Assembly: GCA_964016885.1 (NCBI GenBank) | Contig: OZ024744.1 | Coordinates: 97,278,001-97,342,000, forward strand | Reading direction: 5' to 3' | Length of the DNA stretch: 64,000 nucleotides | DNA from: Eledone cirrhosa | Taxonomy: Eukaryota | Part shown: positions 51,223 to 64,000 of the stretch, piece by piece | Layout: each line of letters starts with the position of its first letter | How positions within the stretch are numbered: position 1 is the first letter of the stretch | Position numbers and translations under genes: made by a program | The notes under the pieces: generated by a model | Database searches by the model: none | The model's input: only the letters and a program-made list of their open reading frames with translations | Told to the model about the DNA's origin: nothing

Positions 51223-52327
51223 TAATTGCCTTATGTTGTTTATTACATAACTATATATATATATTAAAATAACAGATTAAAGTTTATATATTTGATATAT
51301 ATTTATCCTTATCGAGCCCTCTTTGGATTTTAGTCTTCAAATTTATTATTATTACTATATATATATATACTAGCTGAGCTACTCGGTGATACCCGGGTAT
51401 TTTATGAAAGTTACAATATATTTGGCACACATTTCAAAATATTTTACCATTCAAATATGATTGCTGAATTTTAACCAAAGTAGGAATTATAGCAGAATAT
51501 TTATTGCTGTTTGGTCAAAGTAAATCATCTAGATAAAAATATTATTTTTTTCCAGTGGTGATTTTTTGAATACTGCTCCCTATTACAGTCAGCATAGTAC
51601 TCATAGATGAATCATTAGGTATGTTGTCAGTGAAAAGGGCATGACCAAAAAAATACATTTAGATTTTTATTTATTTATACTTTTCTTTCTTTTTTTTTCT
51701 TTTTTGCTCAATCTGACCCTCTGAAATTCAAACAACATGTAAAGACTATTTTAAAAACCATAAATAAAATAAGAAAATAAATTTACCATTGGTTTATGAT
51801 TGAATGAAGCATTTACTTACTCATTTCTGTAATTCGGGGAAAGTGTATTTAAATTTGTACACTGTAGCTTTCACCAATCTTTGCCTCTATGGCAGTAGGA
51901 TCTTGTTTGAGGGAGATTTGTTTTCTATTTCTATTAGCTATACCAACAGTTATAGTGGCTCACATGACATTCATAGATACATACACACACATGTATGTGT
52001 GTAAGACAGTTGTTTGTGATTTGAAATGGATTTTGCTAATATTTCTAGTAGATCGAGTTATCACATAGAACCATTCAGTTTTGCTTCATACATATATACA
52101 TACCTGAGAAAGTAAGGTGGGATTTGAAGGAAATTTGGCTGCTATTTCTACCCAACAAAGTCCTCACTTATACTACTTTATATAGCAGAGGTACCCGGGA
52201 ATGCCTGCACATTCTTCCAAAGTAACACCATGCAGTAAATTTGCGGCTTCAGAATTCTTTGCAAACTACATGACTAAGGAATTAGGATCTGTGTGTATTG
52301 TCATTGAATGAGGAATTACAACATTGC

Positions 52328-54615
52328 TCATTCAAAAGCCTCTGGATAAACAACATTCTTGGTTTTGCCCTGTGGTGCCACAATGAAGAGACAATCAGAG
52401 TTCCCAATCCTTGTTGTGCCAACATGCAGTTGACCATGTGAAAAAACAGGATCTGCCATATTCAACCCAACGACTTTCAATGATTGCCCTTGAGATTTAT
52501 TAATGGTCATGGCAAAACTGAGCCTGATCGGAAATTGAAGTCTTTGAAATTCAAATGGCAAATCAGTTGGCTTCAGAGGTATTCTGGGAATGAAACAATT
52601 GTCACCAGCAAATTTTCCTGATATGATTGCCACTTCTAGAACATTGGACATCATATTTTTGATGATGAGTCTTGTGCCATTACAAAGTTTTGCAGGATCC
52701 AGATTGCGAAGTAGCATAACCGATGCTCCAAGCTTCAGTATCAGGTTGTGTGGAGGAATTCCCGCTTGTTCAAGACTGTTCAAAATTCAGTTTACAACCT
52801 GGTCTTGAGAAGTGATTGTGTCAACTGATTTGTAGCATATTTTCTCTCCCGATAACATCTCCAGCAGCCTTCTGTTGATTTCTTTCACAGCAACATTTTT
52901 AGGTGCTAAGATTGCTCATTCACAGAGCCATTTCGGATCACATTGCCTGGTCTGAATGTTTGGAAACACTCTGGCAATCAGTTCTTGTTCTGTGTAAATG
53001 ATATGGCCAAATGACAACTGAATATGGTCATTGGAGTCCTTTTCAAGAAGTCCATTTCCCAATTTAAGAGGTTAGATGGCAAACTCACTGACACCTTCGT
53101 CACCAGTTAAGTGCACTCGCATGTTGGTTGTAAGGCTCAGCAGCTGAAAGTGGGGCCAGAGATAGGATGTTTTCAGACAGGCATTGACCTGATCAGCTCG
53201 AGTCCCTCGAAGAATTACAGGCAGAGTTTGTCTGAAATCACCAGCAAGAACCATTGTCGCTCCTCCCATTATGCAACTATTTTCTCTCAGATCCCTTATC
53301 GTCCGGTCCAAAGCTTCAATTTCTCCTTTATGGCTCATAGTAGCTTCATCCCAAATTATCATCTTGCATGTTTGCAGAAGCTTGCCCTTGGGTGAGTTCT
53401 TCTTGATGTTGCAAAAAGTCTGTTCATGCCGTGTGAGATCTATGGGCAGCTTAAACATGGAGTGTGCAGTTCTTCCACCATCCAGAAGTGTTGCTGCAAT
53501 GCCACTTGAAGCCACAGCAAGGGCAATATGTTGCTTTTGACGAACTTTTGCAAGCAGGAGGTTTATGAGGAATGTCTTGCCTGAGCCAGCAGGAGCATCG
53601 ATGAAGAAAAGTCCTCCCCTGTCATTTTGAATGTTTTCGATGATGTAGTAGGCGTATTTCTGGTCATCCATCAATCGAGGTTCATTTTCATTCACAAACT
53701 TACGCAATGCTTGAATGTCGTAGTTTGTCTCCTGAAGAATGTCTTGTGCTACATCCATTTCTTCATCTGCCTCTGGCATCCCGCAGTTAGCTAATGTGTT
53801 ATTCATTGTCTGAACTCGATGGGACAAGTCACAGAGAAATTGATTGTAAATCCTGGGGGTATATTCCATATACATATTGCCATGATGTCTTCGGGCTAGC
53901 TGTAGATAGTCGTCCGTGATATTGTTTTTGTACTCCTGCCAGAATAGATGAGTTTCATCAATTCCACATGTGGTGAGCATAATAGCAAATAATTGTCTTA
54001 TTTGACTGGCTACTTGAGTGATTGCTGCTTCTTCTAGGCACTTCTTCCACTATCATGCAGGAGTCCATGCTGTTTACATGCTTCTTGGTATGTGGCGCAC
54101 TTCCTTCCTCTGAAGCACCTAAGATCCTCAAATGACGTTGGTCCTCGAACAGTATGCAGAAGTAGCTGTAAATAAAAACATTCTCTGTTGTTGGGATTGA
54201 CATTGTAAACACGCCCAATAGCATCACTTGACTTGACTTCATGACCTTCCACTAAATTACCCTGCTTTCTTCGATTCCAGGTCTTGCAATTGGTTGAGGT
54301 GTAGTATGTTGGGACTTCAGCATATAGGAGAGATCGAGCAAATTCATCATTCTGGCAGACTTTAAAGAAAGCAGTTAGTGTAGTGTCATGTGATGCTTGT
54401 GACAACTGATGAGCAGTGATCTCAGTGAAGTACACTCTCTGTCCATATTCCAGATGGAGTGCGAGGTTGACCTTTGTTGAGTGGCGTTGGTGGATATCAA
54501 ATCCAAAGATTCGCCAAATAGCTTCATTGCTGGAGATGTATGGACCTGTTTGATACCGTTTGACCTCATCCAGCCCACCATCATTGAGTTCTTTGTCAGT
54601 AATAAAGGTAGCCAT
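52328..54615 (-). pseudogene. Helitron RepHel C-terminal half (PIF1-family SF1B helicase), frameshifted
   Basis: ISSNEAIWRIFGF, VRGPTSFEDLR, DAPAGSGKTF (Walker A), IIWDEATM, LAGDFRQTLPV, LCNGTRL, QFPIRLSFAMTINKSQGQSL. Confidence 0.95.
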
Positions 54616-55095
54616 GTCACATTATTACACACCACACTCTTTCCGAAATAGAAACAACTATAGAATGTATTGTTCACTCAGTAAAGTTGTTTTAAATGAT
54701 CTCTTTATATGAATGTATATTAGGTGTAATTAATTTTAGACATATGTAGAAAACATTGGGTATTCAGATTGTATTCTGAAATTATCATTTTTTATCCAAC
54801 TTCCCTCCAAAAAACGACAAACACTACAAAAAAAATATTTTCTGTGTTAATTCAAATAACAGCGGAAAATAATATATTCAAATAATATCTATTAAACATA
54901 CCGTTTTTTTTTTTGTCTGTTAAATACATACATATATACAACTTCTATAAAAGCATATAAAAGATTTCTTTAGACATATGTAGAAAATAAGCTTTGATGG
55001 TAACATATATGTGTGTGTAAATCTGCGGGATTGCATACAGTTTTTTTTTTTTTATCCCGTTTGTAAAATAAGTTGGATTACTTTGTATAAATAAT

Positions 55096-55278
55096 TGTTT
55101 CTACTTTAGGCACAAGGCCAGCAATTACCCAGTGCATTACTGGTACTTTATTTTATCGACCCCGTAAGGATGAAAGGCAAAGTCAACCTCGGCGGGATTT
55201 GAACTCAGGTGGTAAAGGGACGTAACTATGCTGGAAAGCATGGCGTCCGACCCTCCACCGATACTGCCAATCCACCGC
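55096..55278 (-). mobile_element. Young SINE (Meta-like core) with 15-bp TSD
   Basis: CTTTGTATAAATAAT at 55081-55095 and at 55279-55293. Confidence 0.9.
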
Positions 55279-56514
55279 CTTTGTATAAATAATGAATGAA
55301 TATTACATAATTTATGTACTAAATTTCGAGGTTGTTCATTAAATATATTTTGTTTATTTAAAGATTCTCTTCTTTAAAATTTCTGAAATGTCAACACTTC
55401 CGGTGGCAATCGCTTAAATAAACATACTAATTTTCCGCCACTAATTTTCTCTTAATGCAATTTATATATAATAGCGTCTTTTTTAATGTATCATGGATTA
55501 CGTTACTGATTAAATAAGTCTTCGTTCAATTTCTATGTATTATATATTGTCAATTACGATTTTATTTGATGTGTCATATCTACATGTATATATACCTGCG
55601 TATAATATCAATATACACACTACACATGCTAGAAGAAAACCACTCGAAGGGTGGTTTTTCTCTACAGAATAGCGAACAAAAAATAAATAAGAGATAAATA
55701 ACATTGGGAGAGTTAAGAAGTGTGTAAAAATAATAAATAAATAAAAGTTAATGAACGCTGGCTACTTTCCCTCCCTCTCTCCCATCCCATTACTCTCTCT
55801 CTCTCTTTTACTCTCTCACATCCCCCTCTCTCTACAGAATAGAGAACAAAAAATAAAGAAAAGATAAATAACGTTAAGGAAGCGGGAGAGTTAAAAAGTG
55901 TGTAAAAATAATAAATAAATAAAAGTTAACAACGCTTGCTGTTTTCCCTCTCTTTCATCGTCTTTCTCTCTCTCTTTCATCGTCTTTCTCTCTCTCTTTC
56001 ATCGTCTTTCTCTCTCATCCCCTTACTCTCTTTCTTTCTCTCTCTCTCTCCCATCTCCCACTCTCTCTCTTTCTCTCTCATCCCTTACTCTCTTTCTTTC
56101 TCTCTCATATCCCCTTACTCTCTCTCTCCCATCCACTCACTCTCTCTCTCTTTCTCTCTCATCCCCTTACTCTCTCTCCCATCTCCCACTCTCTCTCTCT
56201 TTCTCTCTCATCCCTTACTCTCTCTCTTTCTATCTCCCATCCCTCACTCTCTTATCTACAGACTGGAGAACATAAAAAAACAAAATGGATGATCCCTTTT
56301 GATATTCATTAGAAAATAAGATAAATTGAATTTAAATGAATTCGTTGCTTTGCAAAGTAAAACTTTTTCGACCGTTACCTGTCCGAGTGTATAGTGAATA
56401 TGTGCATGTAATTTTGAGGAGTTTGGTCCGGTAGTTTGCTAGTTTTAGGCGGACACACAGAATCGTAAACTTGCATTTATATATAGATATAGAAGATATA
56501 GATATATAGATATA

Positions 56515-58000
56515 TATATTCGATTCGTTTGCAACATATATATTTTTTTTTCTTCTTTTTTTAAAAAAGTAAATAGAGAACAAAAAAAAACAAAAAAAGC
56601 AAAAAAACGTGATAACGAAGAGGTAGTACAAATGTTATTATTATTAGTTTCACGCTTGAGAGTGGGGGGTGGGGACGACGTTTCGGGCATAAGCCCTTCA
56701 TCAGGAGAGAAGTGGGTAGGAAGAGAATTCCGAGGGTGTGTGGGGGAGTGGTGAAAAGACATTTTAAAAAAGGATTTTAAAAAAGAAGGGAGGGGGGGGG
56801 GGTCTTTTTTAGAGAGTAAAAAATTATTTAAAAATAAAAAGAAACAAGTGGAGTCCGGAGGCTGAGTGTGTGTATTTGAGGATACGCATGTGTGTGTGTG
56901 TGTGTGTTTATATGTGGTGTGGATGTATGGTGGCGTGGTTCGAAAATAATATAATTGTTTGTTGGTGTGTATGTTCCTAGGGTATTTCCACGGAGTGTGA
57001 GACCAGATGCTGGAGATTCCACGTGTGGTAGGATAGAGGGCTGGGGCGATGACCGGGGGGAGGGGGTAAAATCCTGGTGTGGTAGTGAGGAAGTGGAGAG
57101 ATGTGGGGTGCGCGCGCAACAGGAAGTGGTCAGAGGGTGAAGGCAGGGTGAAGAGATAGCAGTAGGCAGTAGAGGAGGATGGCGGGTAAAGAAAGGGTTT
57201 GTATGTGGTGTGGGCTGTGTGTCTGTGTGTGCGGAGGTACGGTGGACAGGGGAGAGGATGTGTAGGTGTGAAAGGTGGAGGGAGAAGGTGGTGGTGTAGG
57301 GGATTGGCGTGTATATTAGTGGAGGTGTTAGTGGGATGTGTGAGTGAGGGGGATGTTGGTGGAGCGGGGAGAGAGAGAGAGAGGGGGGGAGAAAAGGTGT
57401 TGGGGACGGAGGAGGGAGTGTAGTGTACCGGTGTGTGTGTGTGTGTGTGTGCGTGTTTGGATATGAGTGTGTGTGTGTGTGGTAGAGATGGTGTTAGTAT
57501 TACTGGTGGTGGGGAAGGGGTTGAATGCGGGTGTGGGAGTGGGGGTTAGTGGTGGTAGTGTGTGTGTGTGTGGAGTGGGTGGTATTTCGGTGTGTACGTA
57601 TGTGTGGGTGAGTGTATGTGTGATGGTGTGTGTGTGGTGAGGAGGCAGGTGGAGGGGGGGGGGTCGTTAGTAATATTAGTTGTGGGGTGGTCAGATGTGG
57701 ATGTGTGGGTGGGGGCTAGTGGTGGCAATAGGGTGTGTGAATAGTGTGAGTGCGTATATATATGTACAGGTGGGTGGGTGCATGTGGGGGGACTGGTGGT
57801 AGGGGGAGGGGGATGTTAGTATTGTTAGTTGGGGGAGGCCCGTGGTGGGGGTGTTAGTATTATTAGTTGTGGGTGGGGGAGGGCTGGGAGTGGAGGGGGA
57901 GGTGAAACGTGTTAGTGGTGTTAGTGGGGGGGGGGGAGAGGTGCGGGGTCGAATGCTAAAGGAAGAGGGGTATATATATATTCGATCGCTTGCAATATAT
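56515..58000 (-). mobile_element. Penelope-like pLTR or non-autonomous element
   Basis: C/A-rich minus strand ending in a hammerhead motif. It is bounded by the similar direct repeats ATATTCGATTCGTTTGCAA and ATATTCGATCGCTTGCAA. Confidence 0.5.
56677..56704 (-). ncRNA. Minimal hammerhead core
   Basis: CTGATGA A GGGC TTAT GCCC GAAAC GTC. The core and stem II are perfect, but stem I is nearly absent. Confidence 0.55.
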
Positions 58001-58014
58001 AATATCATATGTAT

Positions 58015-58612
58015 GTCGGGTCACTCTTGAGAGCTACTGGTAACATGTTACCCAGTACAACTTGTCGCATGGTCGGGTCGTCGGCGACTAAACCGGCAAC
58101 CCCACCAAGTTTACTTGGTGAGGAAGGTGATTTTGGACACTCTGCAGGACAAAAAACAATACCTAAAAAAGGGCGGAAGAACTCATAAGAGTCAACGGCC
58201 AAAGTGTGTAAATATGTATATACACATGTAAATATGTGTATATACATGGGTGCATGTGTATGTATATGCGCTGGTCATAGAAGCTGGACACCCGATCGCA
58301 CGGTTAAACCACTGAGAGTGAAGGACCCCCTAGACTTTGTCAGGGCATTCTTCTAGGAGAAGGCAACTCAGGAAACTGGGATAACTCCGATATAAAACCT
58401 TCAGCTCAACAGTTACCAACGATGTTGATCTTTTCTTCTTTTCGGGTTATAGCTACTGTCGCTCAGAGAGTGGGATTGGCTCAGTGCACAGTCTTTCCTC
58501 ACTTAAAAAAAAATTCGTCACGCACAGGCATTGCTCGATAAAATTAATTGGTAATTATTAATAATGGTATATCGTGTAATGGCCATACTCGATTACGAGG
58601 GGGCAGCCATCA
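58015..58612 (+). mobile_element. Non-autonomous bipartite RTE (5'UTR fused to 3' end)
   Basis: 58015-58540 is homologous to 22175-22610. It ends GCCATACTCG....GAG...GCAGCCAT, like the RTE end at 26070-26100. Confidence 0.75.
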
Positions 58613-58724
58613 TGCATATGTGTATGTATATAATAGAATTGATAAATTTTATATTTCCTGAAGAATTATGATTCTCTTCTTTATTGAATTATTAAAATTT
58701 CTACAATATATATATATATATATA

Positions 58725-58794
<70 letters not shown>

Positions 58795-59199
58795 GGGATA
58801 GTTAGATAGATTCAGTGCATCCTTTGATCTTATAAAATTAAAATAATATTCAGGGAGTCGTGACATTATTCACTCTCTCATGACAATATATGTCCTCTTT
58901 TTAAAACAATATTGCAATATTTGCTCATTGATTACAATATTAAAGATGCATTTTCTGCAAGATGTTATTTTGGCAGTGTTTCAAATTATAGTTATATTTG
59001 TGGATCAAATCATTTTCACATCTGTTTTGCACTACATCTTTACCGGAACGATAAAATATGGTAGAAATCATGTACTCTAATATGTCGTCTGCCTCGTGGT
59101 CTTGGCCGGCAGACTGTAAAAGATATTACTCCGAAGGACGAATTTGTTGCCTAAATCGTCATCTAAGTCACTGGTCTCAACTCAGAATTGTACGGTCGG

Positions 59200-60480
59200 T
59201 AAATTACTTTGACAACTGTATCAACGCCCGCTACCTTCCGTATCGAAAACCAGATTGGTTTTCAGTGAAACTACTGTTGGTTAGTACGGTGATATAATAG
59301 ACCACCCTAACAAAGATTAATCTCCTGAAAAACACGCAATTACAGCTAAGAAGAAAAATAGATAAAAAAAACAATAATATGGTGCCGCCCACCTCTTTTC
59401 GCTCAATGTTTAAATCACCGAAAGTAAAAAGATCCCTTAGCCCTTTTTCACAAGCACTTTACTATAAACAATAAGTATTTTTTTAACCGACATACAGCGA
59501 CAATCGTCTACTTTTGTGCTAAAACCTGAAAGTCCGAATCACCAACAAACCAAGAGCGCTCCAACACCGGGATACTCTTGCAGAAAGCCGGTATGAGTCC
59601 CTTTTGATCAGCAGTGCAATACACTCACAGCAGTATATGAAGCTGAGATAATCTCCATCAAACCGAATCAGCAGCAGGATGCCGAGATGCCTGTGGGTAT
59701 GTCGGAAAGTCACTTCAAAAGCCGCTTCCTAACCCATAAAACAACTTTTAGACACCCAGATAGACGAACAGCCACGAAGTTGGTAACTAATGTCTGGTTC
59801 CGCAATGATACCGGTGCAGACTTCTCAGTTAATTGAAAGATCCTGGAAAGATCCTGGAAAGATCCTGGAAAGATCCTGGAAAGATCCTGGATAGATCCTG
59901 GAAAGTCCTTGCCTTAGAGGTAAAAGGTCATGTAAATTAAATTGTGCACCAATGAGCGATGGAACATCTTTAAATGGCTACATACTCCTGAAATACAGCT
60001 TAATAATAGGGCTGACATTAACCACTGTCCACACACGCTTAAGCAGATCTGGTAACATTGGAAGAATGACTAACTAGACAACCACAAACAGCAGACTGAT
60101 ACTCCGACTTCATCTCCAAACTCACTATAAATATTATTTTTCTGAAACACCAAGAACGACTCAAAAGAGCAACCCCTCCTACAAAGATTTAATGTATATA
60201 ATATTTATCTAGCATTTAAGAACCCACTGTATCTTTTTGACTCACATAATAGATTTCCCAACCATAAGAGCGAACAAGTTATTTTATTTTGCCCAATATT
60301 AAATAAGAGTTATCTCCCATTATAAAACTCACAATCGAACCACCCCAAATTCTCTCCATCTCCAAAAGAGCTCACTAGTAAAACTTTAATCCTCAAAACC
60401 ATAACAAAGAAGGATAACTGACGGTGAAACGCGCGTATTCGGCATTTGAAATCTTTTATATTACAACTCGTCCCTCGGAC
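59200..60480 (+). mobile_element. Penelope-like element remnant (RT C-terminus, GIY-YIG endonuclease, 3' pLTR)
   Basis: YLPYRKPD, (C)PFDQQCNTLTAVYEAEI and VGMSESHFKSRFLTHKTTFRHPDRRTATKL..VW. GAAACGCGCGTA lies downstream at ~60426. Confidence 0.8.
59838..59903 (+). repeat. 11-bp tandem repeat (AAGATCCTGGA) x6
   Basis: Visible directly, inside the Penelope endonuclease region. Confidence 0.9.
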
Positions 60481-60524
60481 AGAGTCCTCTGCCAATATTG
60501 GATATTTTTCACGAAATTCACTAC

Positions 60525-60586
<62 letters not shown>

Positions 60587-60606
60587 CACACAAACGCACA
60601 TATATA

Positions 60607-60649
<43 letters not shown>

Positions 60650-60830
60650 TATTTGATAATATACTCTATGTTTATTTAAAAACATTTAAAAACATTTTGA
60701 AGACCATTTGCTATAAGTTTTAAAGTAGTGACTATGTCACTTACTTAGTCTTGGCAAAAACAAAGGGAAACAACCGACAGCTGTTTCTCGCTCGTTATCA
60801 AGATTGCATATCCCTTCGCTTCTGCCGAGA

Positions 60831-61143
60831 TTTATAGAAGCCGAATTCTTATAGAATTCCAGTGATGTTTAAGAGCTTATTAAACTGAGCAGTTGCTGGT
60901 CCAGCAAAAATTAGGAATTAGTATAAGTGCTCTGAAATAGCGATGTAAGTATGAATGTATGTATAGTATATTTGATAATATACTGTATGTTTATTTTAAA
61001 ACAATTTCTATACATACATTCATGCAAACATCGCTATTTCAGAGCACTGGTACTACTTCCTCATTTTTGCTGAACCTGCAGCCACTCTGTTTAATGAGAT
61101 TTTAAACATCACAGGAATTCTATAAGAATCCAACTTCAATAAA
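60831..61143. repeat. Diverged inverted repeat, ~135-bp arms
   Basis: TTCTTATAGAATTCC.GTGATGTTTAA...GTGCTCTGAAATAGCGATGT is mirrored at 61008-61143. Confidence 0.8.
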
Positions 61144-61147
61144 CCTC

Positions 61148-61271
61148 TTAACACGTTTGCTTCAAACATACAAACGAGATGTAATTTTTCATTGATATGC
61201 TACCAGTCGTACGTAGCATATCAATAGAAAATGACATCTCGTTTGTATGTTTGTCTGAAGAAAACGTGTAA
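61148..61271. repeat. Foldback hairpin
   Basis: CAAACATACAAACGAGATGT...ATTGATATGCTAC pairs with GTAGCATATCAAT...ACATCTCGTTTGTATGTTTG. Confidence 0.8.
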
Positions 61272-61464
61272 GGGAGTTATTATATAACTATCTACATCTT
61301 AGAAATACGTATAACGAATAAAACCGTCTCTCTTATTTATTGTAATAAAACTCTGGATGAACAAATACCGTGGAGTGCTTTACATCTGTTAAAGAATAAG
61401 TCGGCATTTTTAATCAACCAACTTTCTTCAATTGAATAATATAAGTATATTCAATAATATATAT

Positions 61465-61527
<63 letters not shown>

Positions 61528-61794
61528 GTATGTATCAAGAATTCCGGTAAGGGTTTTAAGTGCCTATTCAATCGCGAACAGACACATATATACTCACGAC
61601 GACATTTTATCCACTAGGATACCCAGCTAGAATGAAAGATTGGTACACCAGCAATGGGTTGGTATTGTCTTTATCGGCATAGGTGCAATTTGCAAAGATT
61701 CTGAACAAATCTACAGCGCTCTAATGACTCTGCCAAATCAACCGCTTGACACCGTTGTCAGGATTTTACATCTCTCCCCCTCTCTCTCTCTCTT

Positions 61795-61851
<57 letters not shown>

Positions 61852-61966
61852 GAAAAAATGGGGAGAAGAATACTGCAGGTTGCACATGGATAACATGTTA
61901 TAAAATGAGTCCCTCATCAGTGATTTGCCAACGATCATAGATATTTCATTATATATATATATATAT

Positions 61967-62308
61967 AAATGAAAGGATTACAAAGGAGAATACAGACTGT
62001 TAGAACATGTTTATATAAAAGCACCTACGTACGTTTCGCCCGAAAAGGGCTTCTCAAAGACATACAAATCTAGAGAGTGTTCAGTACAGAACCCAGAAGG
62101 GGTTTTAAGATGATAATCAACCATGTCTGTTTGAATCAAAAATGAACTTTGATGTGATTATCATCTTAAAACCCAATCTGGGTTCTGTACTGAACACTCT
62201 CTAGATTTGTATGCCCTTGAGAAGTCCTTTTCGGGCGAAACTTACGTAGGTGCTTATTATATAAACATGTTCTAACAGTCTATATTCTCCTTTGTAATCC
62301 TTTCATTT
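61967..62308. repeat. Long inverted repeat (~153-bp arms, 35-bp spacer) with a hammerhead-like motif in each arm
   Basis: 61967-62119 is the reverse complement of 62155-62308. Motif (C/T)TTGAGAAG(C/T)CCTTTTCGGGCGAAAC(G/T)TACGTAGGT. Confidence 0.85.
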
Positions 62309-62474
62309 GTAACCGCTCTGCTTATATTCTCGCCCACTAAATATTAACGCTTCCGATATTTAACCCTGTAGGCACAAGTATTGAGCACAAATGCACCAGC
62401 TTTTGGCAACTAACTATATGTATCGCTTATCCCTTTAAACCTCTACTCTCTCACAATACTAAACTATTCTATAT

Positions 62475-64000
62475 AGATAGATAGATTAGATAGATTTCTT
62501 TATTTGCCACAAGGGCGCACAAGAAAAGGGAACAATACAAAGACATGCCGGGGATTTTACAATCATACGTGTAAAAAATATAAAACAAACAATTACAACA
62601 ATCGAAATCCCCAATAGGGGGGAAGCACGACAAATGGGTTGTTTAATACCCCGTCGATAGAACAACCCTCAGCTCCAGGAGCGTGTTGTTCAAGTGCTCC
62701 TTTCTTCCTTTTGCTCTCTTCTTTAACCTACAGGCTTATAAAAAGAGAAGGCCCAATCACTCGAGCCATTTTCGCTTCATTCGCCCACCTTTACTGGGGT
62801 GCAGTGCCACTCTCTGCACTCTGATTCTCCTTCTAAAGTGATACTTAAAGAAGGGAATCAATTGTTGTCCGGAAAGAAAGGCATCTGTCCTCAGTCCTCT
62901 CAATCTCGTCCACCATATAACTTCTTTCACCATAGCCACTGTACAGAGGAAAACCGCCCCTCTTTCGTTTTTGAAAGAGGCTGGCGGTTTGATCCTTACT
63001 ATGGAATCGGCAGTCAACTGGATTTGTCCCATACGCGACAACAGTTGTTCTGCGTAGTTCCACAGGTCGCTTACGCCCGGGCAGTGTACAGTTGCGTGCA
63101 GGACTGTTTCAATGTCCTGCGCACATCTTGGACACGTCCTCTTGGAAGGATTCCTGCCGGGCATCCGTGCCTGTAGATCTTGTCACGAACCGGTAGAGCT
63201 CCTCGGTAGCACTGCCAGGCCAGGGACCTCTGGAAGTTGTCAATAGGTCCCAGGCGGAAAGTCCTACCAAACAGACTGGTGAGCTCATCGTCTTCGACGC
63301 CCAGAGTCTATCTGAGCACGTCGTCGCCCTTGTAACGTACAATACCTCTATAGAATGTCGAAGTGGAGTCTCCACTGATTGCTGTGCCCGCTTGCCAGAG
63401 GACTGTGAGCGCCTGAGCGCATTCAATGTGCCAGGCGCCCATCGTTTTCGGTCTTTTCTTGACCCAGGACTGCAGCTCCGTCAGCGAGACGAGCTGTGGG
63501 AAAGCCTGTCTCACAAACGGTGCCCACACTGGTTGGAGGTCGGTGAGGAATACCTGGAGATGCCGCAGCCTCAGCGCATGTTTGCGCATCACCCGCCACG
63601 GCATTCCCAGCCCTCCGTTGGAAGGGTGCTGACAGCAGACGGATCTCCTCACCAGCGGAGCCTGCTTCTTCCACAGAAACTGGAAGAGCATGCGTTCCAT
63701 CTTGGCGAGGTGTTCACGAGGACAAGGCACGACAGTCGAGCGGTAGTAGATGACGGACGCTATGAAAGTGTTCGTCACCTCCGCTCGACCTTTCAAGGAT
63801 AGTTTGCACTCTGCCCACTTCTGGGGAGTGTAAACACCTTGGCCGTGACCTCGTTCCAGTTTTTCTCCACCTGGAGGTCTGGACCGAACCAGACCCCGAG
63901 CAATTTCACCGGTCCCTGCGTCCAGCGTTCAACGACGCTGTCGGACGTCATCGGTTTGCCTCTCCACGTACCGAGTTGCAAACCGACAGACTTGTCCGGG
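62475..64000 (-). mobile_element. Tx1/L1-clade LINE 3' portion, running off the window
   Basis: VKLLGVWF, KGRAEV, FQFLWK...GGLGMP and the zinc knuckle CPRC....ETVLHATVHC. The 3' end has AATAAA followed by a (TCTA)n tail. Confidence 0.9.

Larger units (their letters stand above)
51370..56487 (-). mobile_element. Composite Helitron with RepHel remnant
   Basis: 5' A|TCTATATATAAATGCAAG at 56487. 3' hairpin TACCCGGGTATCACCGAGTA + CTAG|T at 51370, with a second decayed 3' end at ~52180-52210. Joining the two ends into one element is an inference. Confidence 0.7.

Overview
This is eukaryotic, AT-rich, repeat-saturated DNA with no recognisable host gene. The SINE families, TA/TG microsatellites and LINE repertoire suggest a coleoid cephalopod such as an octopus (inference). 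The window holds three RTE-clade LINEs: one full-length copy with an 11-bp TSD, one decayed copy, and one 5'-truncated copy with an intact ORF and a PHD finger inside the RT. It also contains non-autonomous RTE derivatives, two R4/Dong-like RLE elements, two Tx1-like remnants, a CRE-like tail carrying a 4.3-kb 40-bp satellite, four Helitrons (one with RepHel/PIF1 remnants, one carrying a Ulp1-type protease ORF), hAT MITEs, tRNA-derived SINEs and a Penelope GIY-YIG remnant. The standout is a tandem array of four near-identical ~467-bp units (44905-46769). Each unit carries a complete type I hammerhead ribozyme on the minus strand inside a heavily self-complementary sequence, which is the architecture of a non-LTR retrozyme (genomic template of a viroid-like circular RNA). 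A second, unrelated hammerhead family occurs as direct repeats at 47.1 and 51.2 kb, and further minimal hammerhead motifs and foldback structures are scattered across the window. All family names come from motif recognition by eye, with no database searches.
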